Shown here: positions 30,054 to 40,079 of the stretch, piece after piece | How the letters are laid out: each line of letters begins with the position of its first letter | Position numbering within the stretch: the stretch's first letter is position 1 | Assembly (NCBI GenBank): GCA_963717505.1 | Contig: OY970342.1 | Coordinates: 1,056,001 to 1,120,000 of the forward strand | DNA length: 64,000 bases | From: Candidatus Eiseniibacteriota bacterium | GTDB lineage: Bacteria; Eisenbacteria; RBG-16-71-46 | Direction of reading: 5' to 3' | Position numbers and translations under genes: made by a program | The notes under the pieces: model-generated | Seen by the model: the letters and a program-made list of their open reading frames with translations, nothing else | Database searches by the model: none | What the model was told of the DNA's origin: nothing

Positions 30054-31396
30054 GCCGGATACTCGGTATGGCGTTGCTCGCCCTGGTCGCGAGCTCCCCG
30101 GCGTTCGCGCAAGCACCGACCGCGCCGCCGCCGGCACCCGCGCCGGCCGACTCGGCGTTCCATGAATTCCTGCGCCAGCTCTCGGATTCGACCTCGCAGT
30201 ATTTCGGGCGTTCGGCGCAACCGATCGACACCACTGGACTCGACAGTGTCCTCGCTCGCCGGCTGGCCGGCATCGAGATCGACCGGCCGTTTCCCCGGCC
30301 GTCGATCACCCCAGACTTCCGCTTCAACCGCGTTGACGGCCCGGTCTACGGACTCGCGGTCGGCATTGGCGAGCGCCGCTGGAGCGGCGAGGTCTCGGCC
30401 CACGTCGACTATGCGGCCGGGCCCAACGAATGGCTGTGGCGCACGCGCTACGAGAAGGCCTTCGGCCGGCGCGGGCGCGAATGGGAGGTCGATGCGCTCG
30501 GCGGCAAGATGACGCTCAGCATGGATCGCGAGCGTGAGAGCCGTCGGCTCGCCACGCTACGGGCACTGGTCTTCGGCACCGATTCCCAGAACTACCTGCG
30601 GCAGGCTGGCTGGACTCTGGCGGTGCGCAAGGTGCATCCGGTCGCCACCTTGGGCGTCCGCTACCGCGACAATGTCGACAAGCCGCTGGCCACGACCACG
30701 AGCTGGAACCTGCTCGACAACGATTTGCGCCGGTTCGACAACCTGCAGGCGAGCTACGGTCGCGTGCACGAAATAGAATTCGCGGCGGTGGCCGACGCTG
30801 CGCCGGTGGCGCCGATCCACGCCGAGCTGATCCACCAGACGTCGGGGAACACGATCGGCAGCGACTTCGAGTATCGACGGACGCGGGTTGCGCTCTCGGG
30901 GAACGTCGGCGTCGGGCGGTCGTGGTCGTTCGTGCCGCAGGCCGCATACGGCCGACTCAACGGCAACCCGATCCCTCAGGCCGCGTTCTTTCTCGGCGGC
31001 TCGCGCAGCATGCGCAGTCTGTCGAGCGGCGATCGCGCCGGCACCTCATTCACGTTCGGGCGCCTCGAGTTCATCGGCACGCGCGACATCCTCGAGGTGC
31101 TGCGCATCCCGCACCCGGCGTTCCTTCCGCTCCAGCTCGACGTGTTCACCGGCGCGGGCGCGGTGTGGGGTGAGGATCCCTACGGCGGCCCGCCTCGCGG
31201 CGGCGTCGACTTGCCCGATTCCGAGCACTGGGTGAGCGAGGCCGGCTTTGCGATCGCCTATCAGCCGGGCTTCCCCGATCCGCTCATGCTGTTGCGGGCG
31301 ACCTACGCGTTAGCACTCGGCCCCGACCGCGAGGAGAATCGGTTCTCGATCACGCTGTCGAGCGCACTCGACGCGCTGCGCACGTTCGCGCCGTAG
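30050..31396 (+). CDS. Outer-membrane beta-barrel protein (Omp85/DUF5686-like)
   Basis: TTGA overlap; signal peptide; FRFNRVDG, FFLGGSRSMRS, EAGFAI. Confidence 0.72.
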   Translation: MSRILGMALLALVASSPAFAQAPTAPPPAPAPADSAFHEFLRQLSDSTSQYFGRSAQPIDTTGLDSVLARRLAGIEIDRPFPRPSITPDFRFNRVDGPVYGLAVGIGERRWSGEVSAHVDYAAGPNEWLWRTRYEKAFGRRGREWEVDALGGKMTLSMDRERESRRLATLRALVFGTDSQNYLRQAGWTLAVRKVHPVATLGVRYRDNVDKPLATTTSWNLLDNDLRRFDNLQASYGRVHEIEFAAVADAAPVAPIHAELIHQTSGNTIGSDFEYRRTRVALSGNVGVGRSWSFVPQAAYGRLNGNPIPQAAFFLGGSRSMRSLSSGDRAGTSFTFGRLEFIGTRDILEVLRIPHPAFLPLQLDVFTGAGAVWGEDPYGGPPRGGVDLPDSEHWVSEAGFAIAYQPGFPDPLMLLRATYALALGPDREENRFSITLSSALDALRTFAP

Positions 31397-31441
31397 GCGG
31401 ATCTGCGCGCCCGCGCCGCGCCGGACTTCAACGAGAAGTCG

Positions 31442-31477
31442 AAAAACAGAACCCCCGGTGGATTGCTCCACCGGGGG
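31442..31477 (-). terminator. Rho-independent terminator with GCAA loop
   Basis: Minus strand CCCCCGGTGGA-GCAA-TCCACCGGGGG then TTCTGTTTTT. Confidence 0.85.
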
Positions 31478-31574
31478 CCGTGAGCCCGCGCCGCACTCTC
31501 CCTTGCCCTGGCGTTGATCGAGCCGGCACGACGCTCAACTTCTCCCCGCGGACTGACCCGCGGGTTCTGCTCAT

Positions 31575-31889
31575 TCAGCAGCCGCGACGGTTGTGCTTGA
31601 GGCGGCGGATCGCCTGACTCTCGCGATCCTGGAGCCGCTCGAGCCGAGCCCGCTCGCGGGCGTTGACCGTGCCGTTGAACTCGGCGCGCCGCTCGACGCG
31701 GCGGAGCTGGCGCTGACCGGCCCGCAGTCGGTGGATCTCGCCGCGGGTCAACTCGCCGCTGCGAACGCCCTGCTGAATGCGCGCGTGTTGGCGAACCTGA
31801 CGCGCATCGACGCGCGGGGTGGCGGAAGCGATGCTGGCGAATGCCGCCAGCGCGAGAGCGGCGACGAGCATGGCCGACAGGCGCTTCAT
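31575..31889 (-). CDS. Small secreted helical protein (RIxQGxxSGELT repeat type)
   Basis: RBS GAGGAGG; signal peptide; RIQQGVRSGELTRGE..AIRRLKHN. Confidence 0.85.
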   Translation of the reverse strand: MKRLSAMLVAALALAAFASIASATPRVDARQVRQHARIQQGVRSGELTRGEIHRLRAGQRQLRRVERRAEFNGTVNARERARLERLQDRESQAIRRLKHNRRGC

Positions 31890-31954
31890 GATGTCCTCCT
31901 CGATTCGGGGGCGGGGATCGCGTGATGCGGTCCCCGTGTTCGTCTCGGAGGAAA

Positions 31955-31970
31955 TGCAGCACCCGTGCCG
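31955..31970 (-). promoter_or_regulatory. Sigma-54-type promoter (CGGCACGGGTGCTGCA)
   Basis: GG-N10-GC, about 65 nt upstream of the 31889 start. Confidence 0.65.
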
Positions 31971-32092
31971 TCGAGGGCCGTGTGACCTAAAGTGTTCGGG
32001 CCCTGCGGGTTGTCGCGAGAACGCGGCCTCGCCCGCCGGGGGCTAGTGCCCCTCGCGGTTCAACTCGGCGGGGCGGTCCTGACCCTCGGCGG

Positions 32093-33310
32093 TCACAACC
32101 GGAACCAGACGCGCTTGGCGCTCTCGCGGGCGCGCGCCGCGACCTCGCGTTCGTCGACCGTGACCAGAATGCCGTTGTCCATCACGATCTCGCCGGCGAC
32201 CAGCACGCTCGACACCGGTGCGCGCAGCAGCCCGGCCCAGATGTGCTCGGGCAGCGTGCGCGCCGTGAACTCGGTCGAGGGGCGATAGTCGACCAGGATC
32301 AAGTCCGCGGGCGCTCCCGGGGTGATCGTACCGAGACCGACGCCGAAGAAACGCGAAGCCCAGCGCGGTCCGTTCACGAACAGTCGGTGGTAGTGCGCAT
32401 CGGAACGCGCGCCGAGCGCCCAGCCGTGCAGGATGTCGGGCAGCGGCGGCGCGTTGACCGAAGCGTCGCTGCCCCATCCGACTTCAGCCTCGCGCACCAG
32501 TGCGGCGACTGAACCGAAGCCCACGGCACTCAACAGATCGCCGCGCTCGCGGGCGGCGCTGACCAATCCGCGCGGCGCGACCTCGGCATGGGCCCACAAC
32601 GCCGTCGGCATCGACTCGCCGGTGCTGCCCAATCGCCCCGAGCGCTCGGCTGGGGTCAGGTCGAGCGCGAGATCCACGTGCATCGGCAGGTCGCCGCCGG
32701 CGACGTCGAGCGCGTCCGCGACCATGTCGTGAACTCCACCGAGCGTCGTCGGCTGCACGCCGAGCATGGCGCGCAGCCGGCCGTCCTGGCGGCGACCGAC
32801 TTCGGCGCCGAAGCCGCCGGATTCGCGGGCATGGAGCCGGCGCTCGCCTGGTGGATCCGCTTCCGAGACGCCGTAGCAGGTCGCGACGCGCACACCGACG
32901 CTCGAGGCTGCCGCCGCGACCTCGTGGAGCGACACGTCGACGCCGGCGCCCGAACGGTGGAAGTCGCAAACGCTGGTGACCCCGTGGCGCACGCCCTCGA
33001 CCAGTGCCGCGGCCACCGCGCAGTAGACGTCGTCGGGCGCCAGTGCGTCTTCATAGGCCTTCCACTCCTGCGGCGTCCGCAGCGGCAGCCCGCGCGCCAG
33101 ATGTCGCGCCAGATGCGCGTGCGTGTTGACGAACCCGGGCATGAGCACGCGGTGGCGTGCCGGCCACAGCATGTCGTCGGGGTAGGCGCGGGCAATCGCC
33201 CCCGCCGGCCCGACGTGCGAGATGTGGGCGCCGAGCACGCGCACGGCGGCGTCCTCGAGCACGGCCGGGTGCTCGCCGCCGGTGACCACCGTGCAGGGAC
33301 CGATGATCAC
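32093..33310 (-). CDS. SsnA-like amidohydrolase with degenerate active site
   Basis: PGFVNTHAHL, GVTSVCDFH, GSD, GAPADLILVDY; MHVDLAL replaces HxHxxE; GTGA overlap. Confidence 0.82.
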   Translation of the reverse strand: MIIGPCTVVTGGEHPAVLEDAAVRVLGAHISHVGPAGAIARAYPDDMLWPARHRVLMPGFVNTHAHLARHLARGLPLRTPQEWKAYEDALAPDDVYCAVAAALVEGVRHGVTSVCDFHRSGAGVDVSLHEVAAAASSVGVRVATCYGVSEADPPGERRLHARESGGFGAEVGRRQDGRLRAMLGVQPTTLGGVHDMVADALDVAGGDLPMHVDLALDLTPAERSGRLGSTGESMPTALWAHAEVAPRGLVSAARERGDLLSAVGFGSVAALVREAEVGWGSDASVNAPPLPDILHGWALGARSDAHYHRLFVNGPRWASRFFGVGLGTITPGAPADLILVDYRPSTEFTARTLPEHIWAGLLRAPVSSVLVAGEIVMDNGILVTVDEREVAARARESAKRVWFRL

Positions 33311-34677
33311 GCGGCTTCGGCGCGGCGCATCAACCCGCGCGCCTCCATGCGGGCGTCGGCAACCACCCGGCCCGGGTCGAGCGTGGTCCATGCGCCGTCG
33401 CGATAGAGCACGCGCCCCGCAACCATGGTCAGGCGCACATCGCTCGGCCGCGAGGCCTCGGCCAGGGCCACGTAGGGGTCGTGCTCGGCCCAGGGCGCGA
33501 CGTGCGCGCCGGTCGCGTCGATCACGATCAGGTCGGCTTGTTTGCCGGCTTCGATCGACCCGATGTCGTCGGACCAGCCGAGTGCGGCCGCGCCGTCGCA
33601 GGTCGCGAGCGCCACCAGGTCGCGGGCGGCCAGTGGATCGGCCGCGTCCACCACCCGCGAGATTCCCGACGCCAGGCTCATCTCGTGGAAGGTGTCGAGC
33701 CGGTTGTTGCACGCGGCGCCGTCGGAGCCGATTCCGCAACGAATTCCCGCTCGGCGCCACGCGCGAACCCGCGCGAGCCCCGAACCCAGCTTGAGATTGG
33801 AACCCGGGCAATGCACCAGCGCCGCGTCGGCGCTGCGCACCGATCGGCATTCCTGGTCGTCGAGCCAGACCCCGTGCGCGGCGACGAACCGCGGTCCGAG
33901 CATGCCGCGCGCATCGAAGTAGCGCGCTGCGGTCGAACCGACCGCCGCCTCGACCGCCCGCCCCTCGCCCGGGCTTTCGGCCAGATGGGTGTGGACGATG
34001 AGCCGCTCACGCTCGGAGGCGGCGCGCACGCCCTGCCACAGCTCGTCGCTGCACGAGAGAATGAAGCGCGGCGCGAGCGACACGCGCAGGCGGTCTCCGG
34101 CGGCGCGATGAAACCGGCGCACCAGCGCGAGCCCATCGTCGAGCGCTCGGGCAGTAGGCTCCACGAAATCCCGGGGTGCGCCTTCGCCGCGGTCCATCAG
34201 AGCCTTTCCGAACACCGCCCGCAGTCCGCACTCCTCGAGCACCATGCCCGTCGCCTCGGTGTGGCGCACGGTTCCCATGTCGTTCACGCAGGTCACGCCG
34301 CCGGCGATCAGCTCGAGCGCTCCCAGGCGGGCCGAGGCCGCGATCGAGGACTCGGTGTGCGCGGCCTCGAACGGCCAGATCGCCTCGCGCAGCCAGCGCA
34401 GGAGATCCGTGTGCTCGGCGCGTGCGCGGAACAGCGTCTGGCACAGGTGCACGTGGCCCTGGACGAATCCGGGAAGCACGAAACAGCCCCCCGCGTCGAC
34501 GACGGTGTCGGCGCGGCCGCCGGGCAGGCCGGCGAGTCGTGCGGCGGTGTCGGCGCCGACCGCGGCGATGCGCGTGTCCTCGACCAGAACGTCCCCGACC
34601 GCGAGCGTCGCGGCGGCGTCCATGCACACGAGGGTGCCGGACCGAATCAACGTGGTGCTCAGAGTGCCTCCCTGCAC
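33307..34677 (-). CDS. MtaD/DadD-like (5'-deoxyadenosine/SAH/MTA deaminase family) amidohydrolase
   Basis: PGFVQGHVHL, HTHLAES, AAHGVWL, HCPGSNLKLGSG, GSDGAACNN. Confidence 0.88.
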   Translation of the reverse strand: MQGGTLSTTLIRSGTLVCMDAAATLAVGDVLVEDTRIAAVGADTAARLAGLPGGRADTVVDAGGCFVLPGFVQGHVHLCQTLFRARAEHTDLLRWLREAIWPFEAAHTESSIAASARLGALELIAGGVTCVNDMGTVRHTEATGMVLEECGLRAVFGKALMDRGEGAPRDFVEPTARALDDGLALVRRFHRAAGDRLRVSLAPRFILSCSDELWQGVRAASERERLIVHTHLAESPGEGRAVEAAVGSTAARYFDARGMLGPRFVAAHGVWLDDQECRSVRSADAALVHCPGSNLKLGSGLARVRAWRRAGIRCGIGSDGAACNNRLDTFHEMSLASGISRVVDAADPLAARDLVALATCDGAAALGWSDDIGSIEAGKQADLIVIDATGAHVAPWAEHDPYVALAEASRPSDVRLTMVAGRVLYRDGAWTTLDPGRVVADARMEARGLMRRAEAA

Positions 34678-34788
34678 GCGGAGCGCGGCGTCCCTGCCGC
34701 ATGCCGACCGAAGTTACGCCGAGGTGATCCGGGGTACAACCTCGCCTCGCCGATTGACCGTCCCGGGGCGCGCTCCTACCCTTTCCAC

Positions 34789-36219
34789 GTGTATTCCGAT
34801 CGCGCCCGACTCCTGACGCTCGACGTCGAGGTCCAAAGCCCGCTCGCGGCTTTTTCGGCGATGGGCGACCTGGCCCATCCTTTCCTCCTTCATTCCGCGC
34901 TCCCCGACCCGCGGTCGCGCTGGTCCTTCTTCGGCGCCGATCCCTTCGTGGTGTTCCGCGGCGGAGATTTCGCGGACGTTCGCACATCCTGGGAGCGCAT
35001 GGCGGCGCGCGTGGGCGCGACCGACGGGGATGGCGACGAAGACGCTCCACCCTTCCGCGGCGGCCTGGTCGGATACTGGAGCTACGACTTCGGGCGTCGG
35101 CTCGAGCGGTTGCCGTCGATCGCGCGGGACGACCTGGGGCTTCCGGATTTCGTGCTCGGCGGCTACGACGTGGTCGGGGCTCACGACCATGTCACCGGTC
35201 GCACGCGGTTGTTCTCCTCGGGGCTGCCCCATGGTCGTGCGCATGCCCGGGAACGGCTGGCGTCGTTCGCTGAACGACTGCGTGCGGCTCGCGAACCCAG
35301 GCTCGAATGGAACCCTTCCCCCACCGGAACCCCCGCATTCCATTCGACGTTTACTCCCGACGAGTACCGTCGTGCGGTCGAACAGGTCCGCGACCACATC
35401 CGGCGCGGCGACATCTTCCAGGCCAACCTGTCGCAGCGTTGGAGCTTCGAGCGTTCTCCCGTGCTCGACCTGGGTTTCAGCAGCCTGGTTCAGCAGATCG
35501 CCTTCGTGTCCGAGGAGTTCACTCCCGCTCCATTCGCCGCCTACCTCGATCTCGGCGACCACGCGATCGTTTCCGCGAGCCCGGAGCGTTTCTTCCAGGT
35601 CCGTGGCCGACGCGTGGAAGCCCGTCCGATCAAAGGCACGCGTCCGCGCGGGGGCACGCCGGCGGAGGACGCAGCCCTCTCGGCCGCGCTCCTGGCCAGC
35701 ACCAAGGATCGCGCGGAAAACGTGATGATCGTCGATGTGCTGCGCAACGACCTCGGCCGAGTATGCGAGACGGGTTCGGTGATCGTGCCCGAGCTTTGCG
35801 CGCTCGAGAGCTTCCCGCAGGTTCATCACTTGACGTCGACGATCACCGGTCGGCTGCGACCGGGTTTCGGCGCCTTCGACCTGTTCACCGCTGCGTTCCC
35901 CGGTGGCTCGATCACGGGTGCGCCGAAGATCCGCGCGATGGAAGTGATCGAGTCGATCGAGCCGGTGCGCCGCCATGTGTACACCGGGGCGATCGGCTAC
36001 GTGGACTGGAGTGGCGATGCCGATTGGAGCATCGCGATCCGCACGGCACTCCTGACACCCGATGCCATTCACTTCGCCGCTGGGGGCGGCATCACCGCCG
36101 ACTCGGATCCCGACGCCGAGTTCGAGGAAACGCTGCACAAGGCCGAGGGTGTTCGGGCCGCGTTGTCGGCCGCGCTTGGACCGGTCGAGTTGGTCTCGGA
36201 CGGAGTCGCTGCGCGTTGA
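34789..36219 (+). CDS. pabB: Aminodeoxychorismate synthase component I
   Basis: GDIFQANLSQR, SASPERFF, PIKGTRPRG, KDRAENVMIVDVLRND, FPGGSITGAPKIRAM. Confidence 0.9.
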   Translation: MYSDRARLLTLDVEVQSPLAAFSAMGDLAHPFLLHSALPDPRSRWSFFGADPFVVFRGGDFADVRTSWERMAARVGATDGDGDEDAPPFRGGLVGYWSYDFGRRLERLPSIARDDLGLPDFVLGGYDVVGAHDHVTGRTRLFSSGLPHGRAHARERLASFAERLRAAREPRLEWNPSPTGTPAFHSTFTPDEYRRAVEQVRDHIRRGDIFQANLSQRWSFERSPVLDLGFSSLVQQIAFVSEEFTPAPFAAYLDLGDHAIVSASPERFFQVRGRRVEARPIKGTRPRGGTPAEDAALSAALLASTKDRAENVMIVDVLRNDLGRVCETGSVIVPELCALESFPQVHHLTSTITGRLRPGFGAFDLFTAAFPGGSITGAPKIRAMEVIESIEPVRRHVYTGAIGYVDWSGDADWSIAIRTALLTPDAIHFAAGGGITADSDPDAEFEETLHKAEGVRAALSAALGPVELVSDGVAAR

Positions 36220-37061
36220 CCGCCCCCGACCGCGCGCTGTGGATCAACGGACGCATCGCGCGCGGATCCGATGCCGTCCTCTCGCTGAGCGACCGGGGTG
36301 CGCGCGACGGTGAAGGCCTGTTCGAGACCCTGCGGGTCGAAGCCGGGCGCCCGCAGCATTGGCGCCACCATCTCGAGCGCCTGGTGGTCTCGGCGGCCGA
36401 ACTCGGCTTTCCCGTGCCGCCGTCACCGACTGAGCTGGCCACGGCGCTCGAAGCGGTGCTCGCCGCCAACGGCCTCGTCGATGCCGCAGCTCGGATCACG
36501 GTGACCCGCGGCACTCCCGGCGGGCGGCCGACCCGCACCGGTTGCTGGATCGAGGCGGAACCGCTCGCGGCCCGATTGTGGCGCGGCAGCCGAACGGGAC
36601 AGGCCAGTGCGGTGTTCTCGCGCCAGCCGTTCACGCCGGGCGCGCTCGCGCGCCACAAGACCACGAGCCGGCTCGCCTATCAGCTCGCGCGCGAGGAAGC
36701 CCGCGCGGCCGGCGCCGACGAGACCTTGCTCGCCGATGTCGTGGGGCACGCCCTCGAAGGCTCGACCAGCAACGTTTTCGTGGTGGTCGGTGGCGAGGTC
36801 GTCACGCCGCCGGTCGCGATGGGCATCCTGCCCGGAATCGTTCGTGCACACGTGCTCGATCTCTGTATTCGCCTGGGGATTCCCACCCGCGAACGCGCCA
36901 TTCTCCGCGCGGAGTTCTCCGCGGCGGACGAGGTGTTCCTGACCAATTCGATCCAGCAGATCGTTCCTCTGGTCGCAGTGGACGGCGTTGCCGTGCCCAG
37001 TCGAACGCTGGGGGCCCGGCTGCGCGAGATCTACCGAGAACACGGAGTTCGAAGCGCTTGA
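36216..37061 (+). CDS. pabC: Class IV aminotransferase / 4-amino-4-deoxychorismate lyase
   Basis: GEGLFETL, HKT, EGSTSNVF, ILPGIVR, ADEVFLTNS; TTGA coupling to pabB. Confidence 0.8.
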   Translation: MTAPDRALWINGRIARGSDAVLSLSDRGARDGEGLFETLRVEAGRPQHWRHHLERLVVSAAELGFPVPPSPTELATALEAVLAANGLVDAAARITVTRGTPGGRPTRTGCWIEAEPLAARLWRGSRTGQASAVFSRQPFTPGALARHKTTSRLAYQLAREEARAAGADETLLADVVGHALEGSTSNVFVVVGGEVVTPPVAMGILPGIVRAHVLDLCIRLGIPTRERAILRAEFSAADEVFLTNSIQQIVPLVAVDGVAVPSRTLGARLREIYREHGVRSA

Positions 37062-37123
37062 GCGCAATCCGCGTCTTCTCCCTGCCCGTCGACCCCGATC
37101 CGGCCGATGCCAGAGCAGAAGGA

Positions 37124-37139
37124 CGGCACGGGTTCTGCA
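37124..37139 (+). promoter_or_regulatory. Sigma-54-type promoter (CGGCACGGGTTCTGCA)
   Basis: GG-N10-GC, one mismatch from the 31955 site, about 60 nt before ATG 37201. Confidence 0.65.
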
Positions 37140-37200
37140 TTGCATGCATCGTAAGGACAGGGTATTGGCGGCGCCGCGAAGCCTCTCGGAGCGACCGGAC

Positions 37201-38670
37201 ATGAGCACCTTCAAGGCACCTCGCGACGAATACGATCCGGATCGGGACGGCGACCGCGTCGACTCGACGGTACGCACCGGCCGGCTGGACGTCCTGGTGC
37301 CGCACCTGATTCGTGGTCAGCTCCTGCGTCCCGGCTTCGTCCGCATGAGCCTGGCACTCGGCGCCGCGCGTCAGATGCCGGCGTGGGCCAAGCTGCAGTT
37401 CACCAATGCCGGCGTCGACCCGGCCGACCTCGAACGGGTCCTCGGACGGATCACGAGTCTCGAGGCCTGGGCGGACGAGTGGGAGCGCATGGCGCAGGAG
37501 CACCACCGGATCGGGCAGCAGGAGCTCGAACAGGGCCGGCGTTCCGAGGCGGCGGCGCAATTCCTGCGCGCATCGGCCGCCTACAACTTTTCGCAGTACG
37601 TGATCTTCATGGACATCAATCGCAAGCGCGTGTTGCACGAGGCGTGCGTGCGCAGCTACACGGCCGCGGCCCCGCTGTTCGACCCGCCGGCCGAGCGCAT
37701 CGAGATCCTGTTCCGCCGCCGCCCGATGATCGGCTGGTTCCGGCGACCACGCAGCCCCGCGCGCACGACCCCGGTCGCGGTGATGTTCAACGGCACGAAT
37801 GCGGTCAAGGAAGAACTCCACTGGTGGTCGGAGGCCATGCTCGAGCGCGGCATCGCGACCATCGCGTTCGACGGTCCGGGCATGGGCCAGACATTCCACC
37901 GCTTGTCCATGGTCGCCGAGCCGCGGCCGATCGGCGTCGCGATCCTCAACTACATCGAGGCGCGCCCGGAGCTGAACCCGGGGGCGGTGGCGTTCATGGG
38001 CATGAGCCTCGGCGGCTACTGCGCGATCCGCATGGCGTCGCACGATCCGAGGATCCGCGCGGTCGCAGCGGTCAGTCCGCCGTTTTCGGCCGACGTCTAT
38101 TGGCGCGTGACGCTGGCCGGAATGCGTCGCGAGCTGGCGGCGCTCTACGGAATCGACGAGGCCGAGATGGAATCGGCGATCGACCGCATCACGCTGGCGA
38201 ACGACCTGCCCAATCTCGCGTGTCCGCTGCTGGTTTCGGGCGGTGGCCAGGATCACATCACCCCCGGCACCGAGGCCTGGCGGATCTTCGAGACCGCGCG
38301 TTGCGATCGCGAGCTGATCTTCTACCCGCGCGGCGCCCACGACTGCTTCAACGTCATGTCCGATCTGCGCCCGCGCATCGTGTCGTGGATGGTGCGCCAG
38401 CTCGGGCCCGGCGTCGCCGACCGCCGCCGTTCGTCTCGCGATGGCGATGGTCCGGAGCCCGCCTGGGGCGCCGCCGATGCGGTGGATCCCGACTTCGCGG
38501 AAGCCCTGCGCGGGGACGCGCCGACTCGCCAATGGCACGAGGAGCGGGACCAGGGCGTTCCGGTCCGCTGGCAATGGCCATGGGCCCATGGCTCACCGGG
38601 TCGCGTCGAGGTCGTGCACAAGACGGCCCCGGCGCAGCGGCCGTCGTCGCCGTGGATCGTTTCGGGTTAG
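37201..38670 (+). CDS. Alpha/beta hydrolase (DUF1100/FrsA-like esterase)
   Basis: FDGPGMG, nucleophile GMSLGGY, GQD, GAHDC. Confidence 0.85.
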   Translation: MSTFKAPRDEYDPDRDGDRVDSTVRTGRLDVLVPHLIRGQLLRPGFVRMSLALGAARQMPAWAKLQFTNAGVDPADLERVLGRITSLEAWADEWERMAQEHHRIGQQELEQGRRSEAAAQFLRASAAYNFSQYVIFMDINRKRVLHEACVRSYTAAAPLFDPPAERIEILFRRRPMIGWFRRPRSPARTTPVAVMFNGTNAVKEELHWWSEAMLERGIATIAFDGPGMGQTFHRLSMVAEPRPIGVAILNYIEARPELNPGAVAFMGMSLGGYCAIRMASHDPRIRAVAAVSPPFSADVYWRVTLAGMRRELAALYGIDEAEMESAIDRITLANDLPNLACPLLVSGGGQDHITPGTEAWRIFETARCDRELIFYPRGAHDCFNVMSDLRPRIVSWMVRQLGPGVADRRRSSRDGDGPEPAWGAADAVDPDFAEALRGDAPTRQWHEERDQGVPVRWQWPWAHGSPGRVEVVHKTAPAQRPSSPWIVSG

Positions 38671-39374
38671 GCCGAGCGCTCCAGCGGTCGTTTGGCGCGG
38701 TACATCCGCCGGTCTGCTTCATCGAGCAGTTGCTGCGCCCGCGTTTGCCCGTCCCACAACACGATCCCAGCACTCAGGCTCGAACCGTGCGGCGATCGAT
38801 CGTGGAACGCGCGCGACAAGCGTGACGCCAGGGCCTCGGCCCCGGTGCGGTCGGCGGCCAGCACCATGACGAACTCGTCGCCACCGACGCGGAAGCCCGA
38901 GTCGATTCCGGTGCGCGTCTCCGAGCGCAGCACGGCGCCCAGGCAGCGCAGGGTTTCGTCGCCGGCATGGTGCCCGTGCTGGTCGTTCAGGCGCTTGAGT
39001 CCGTTCACGTCCATGTAGAGCAGCGCGATCGGCCCGGTGGTCCGCCGCGCCCGATGGAGCGCCAGACGCAGGTCGCGCTCGAACGCCCGCCGGTTGCCGA
39101 GTCCGGTCAGCGGATCGGTGAGCGACAGCGCCTCGAGCTGGTGCATGTGCCGCCGGGTCAGCCGCTGCTCGCGGCGGAGCATGTGCAGGATCCAGAGCCC
39201 GAGGAGCACGGTGATCAGGGAATCGAGCAGGCCGCGGACCGACGCGATCCCCGAGTTCGGGAACTCGCGCTCGAGCAGGTCGAGCACCCAGGGGACGGCG
39301 GCGAGCACGCCGAGCAGGGCGGCAGTGAGCAGGAAGAATCGGCGGTGCGGGGCCGGTCCGACGAACCTGCGCAT
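38667..39374 (-). CDS. Membrane-bound diguanylate cyclase (GGDEF)
   Basis: 2 TM helices; TDPLTGLGNRR, NDQHGHHAGDE, RVGGDEF, ADRRMYRAK. Confidence 0.92.
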   Translation of the reverse strand: MRRFVGPAPHRRFFLLTAALLGVLAAVPWVLDLLEREFPNSGIASVRGLLDSLITVLLGLWILHMLRREQRLTRRHMHQLEALSLTDPLTGLGNRRAFERDLRLALHRARRTTGPIALLYMDVNGLKRLNDQHGHHAGDETLRCLGAVLRSETRTGIDSGFRVGGDEFVMVLAADRTGAEALASRLSRAFHDRSPHGSSLSAGIVLWDGQTRAQQLLDEADRRMYRAKRPLERSA

Positions 39375-39611
39375 GAGGGGCGCCTCTCCATGGTCGTGGC
39401 CGGCGCTTCGCTTCGAACCACTGCGGAGAACCGCCGCCGCCGAGCCAGCCTACGGGGGGTCCCGGATGCGGTCAACGGACCGGCGTCGTGCGACGACCCT
39501 GCCCGAGACGCCGCGTCGCCGCGGGCGGCGGGCGGCCTCGCGCGTGCCCCGCGCGCGTGGACCTGATAACCTTTCAGGCCGTTTCCAACCGCCTCGAGGC
39601 CAGGAGTCCCC

Positions 39612-40079
39612 ATGCCCGACGTCACGTCGAAAGTTCGCGTGCGACCGCTCGACGAGCTCGACATCGGAAGCATCGTCCGGATCGACGAACGGATCACGAA
39701 GCGCCACCGTCCCGATTTCTGGGAGCAGCGCGTCATGTACTACCTGCGGCGGGACCCCGAGTCCTCGCAGGTGGCCGAGATTGACGGCAAGGTGGTCGGG
39801 TTCATGCTGGGTGACGTCCGGGGCGGGGAGTTCGGGATCGAAGAGCCGAGCGGCTGGATCGAGCGCTTCGGCATCGACCCCGACCACCGCGGACGCGACC
39901 TGGGCCGGCAGATGTACGACGCGATCGTCCGCCACTTTCGCGAGGCCGGCATCACCGTGGTTCGCACGATGGTCGATCAGAAAGACGAAGCGGTCGCAGG
40001 ATTCTTGAAGGCCATGGGGTTCGCATCCTCGCCACTCCAGGCGCTCGAGATGCGCGTAGGCCGGGATGGAGCAGCCTGA
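39612..40079 (+). CDS. GNAT-family N-acetyltransferase
   Basis: RBS AGGAG; VAEIDGKVVGFMLG, GIDPDHRGRDLGR, FLKAMGF. Confidence 0.9.
   Translation: MPDVTSKVRVRPLDELDIGSIVRIDERITKRHRPDFWEQRVMYYLRRDPESSQVAEIDGKVVGFMLGDVRGGEFGIEEPSGWIERFGIDPDHRGRDLGRQMYDAIVRHFREAGITVVRTMVDQKDEAVAGFLKAMGFASSPLQALEMRVGRDGAA

Noticed and set aside
33481-34788. Apparent 436-aa N-terminal extension of PabB (similar extensions at 12818, 27700, 28979, 29352, 30137 and 35307)
   Set aside because: These overlap genuine genes in other frames or strands; better starts with RBS or coupling exist downstream.
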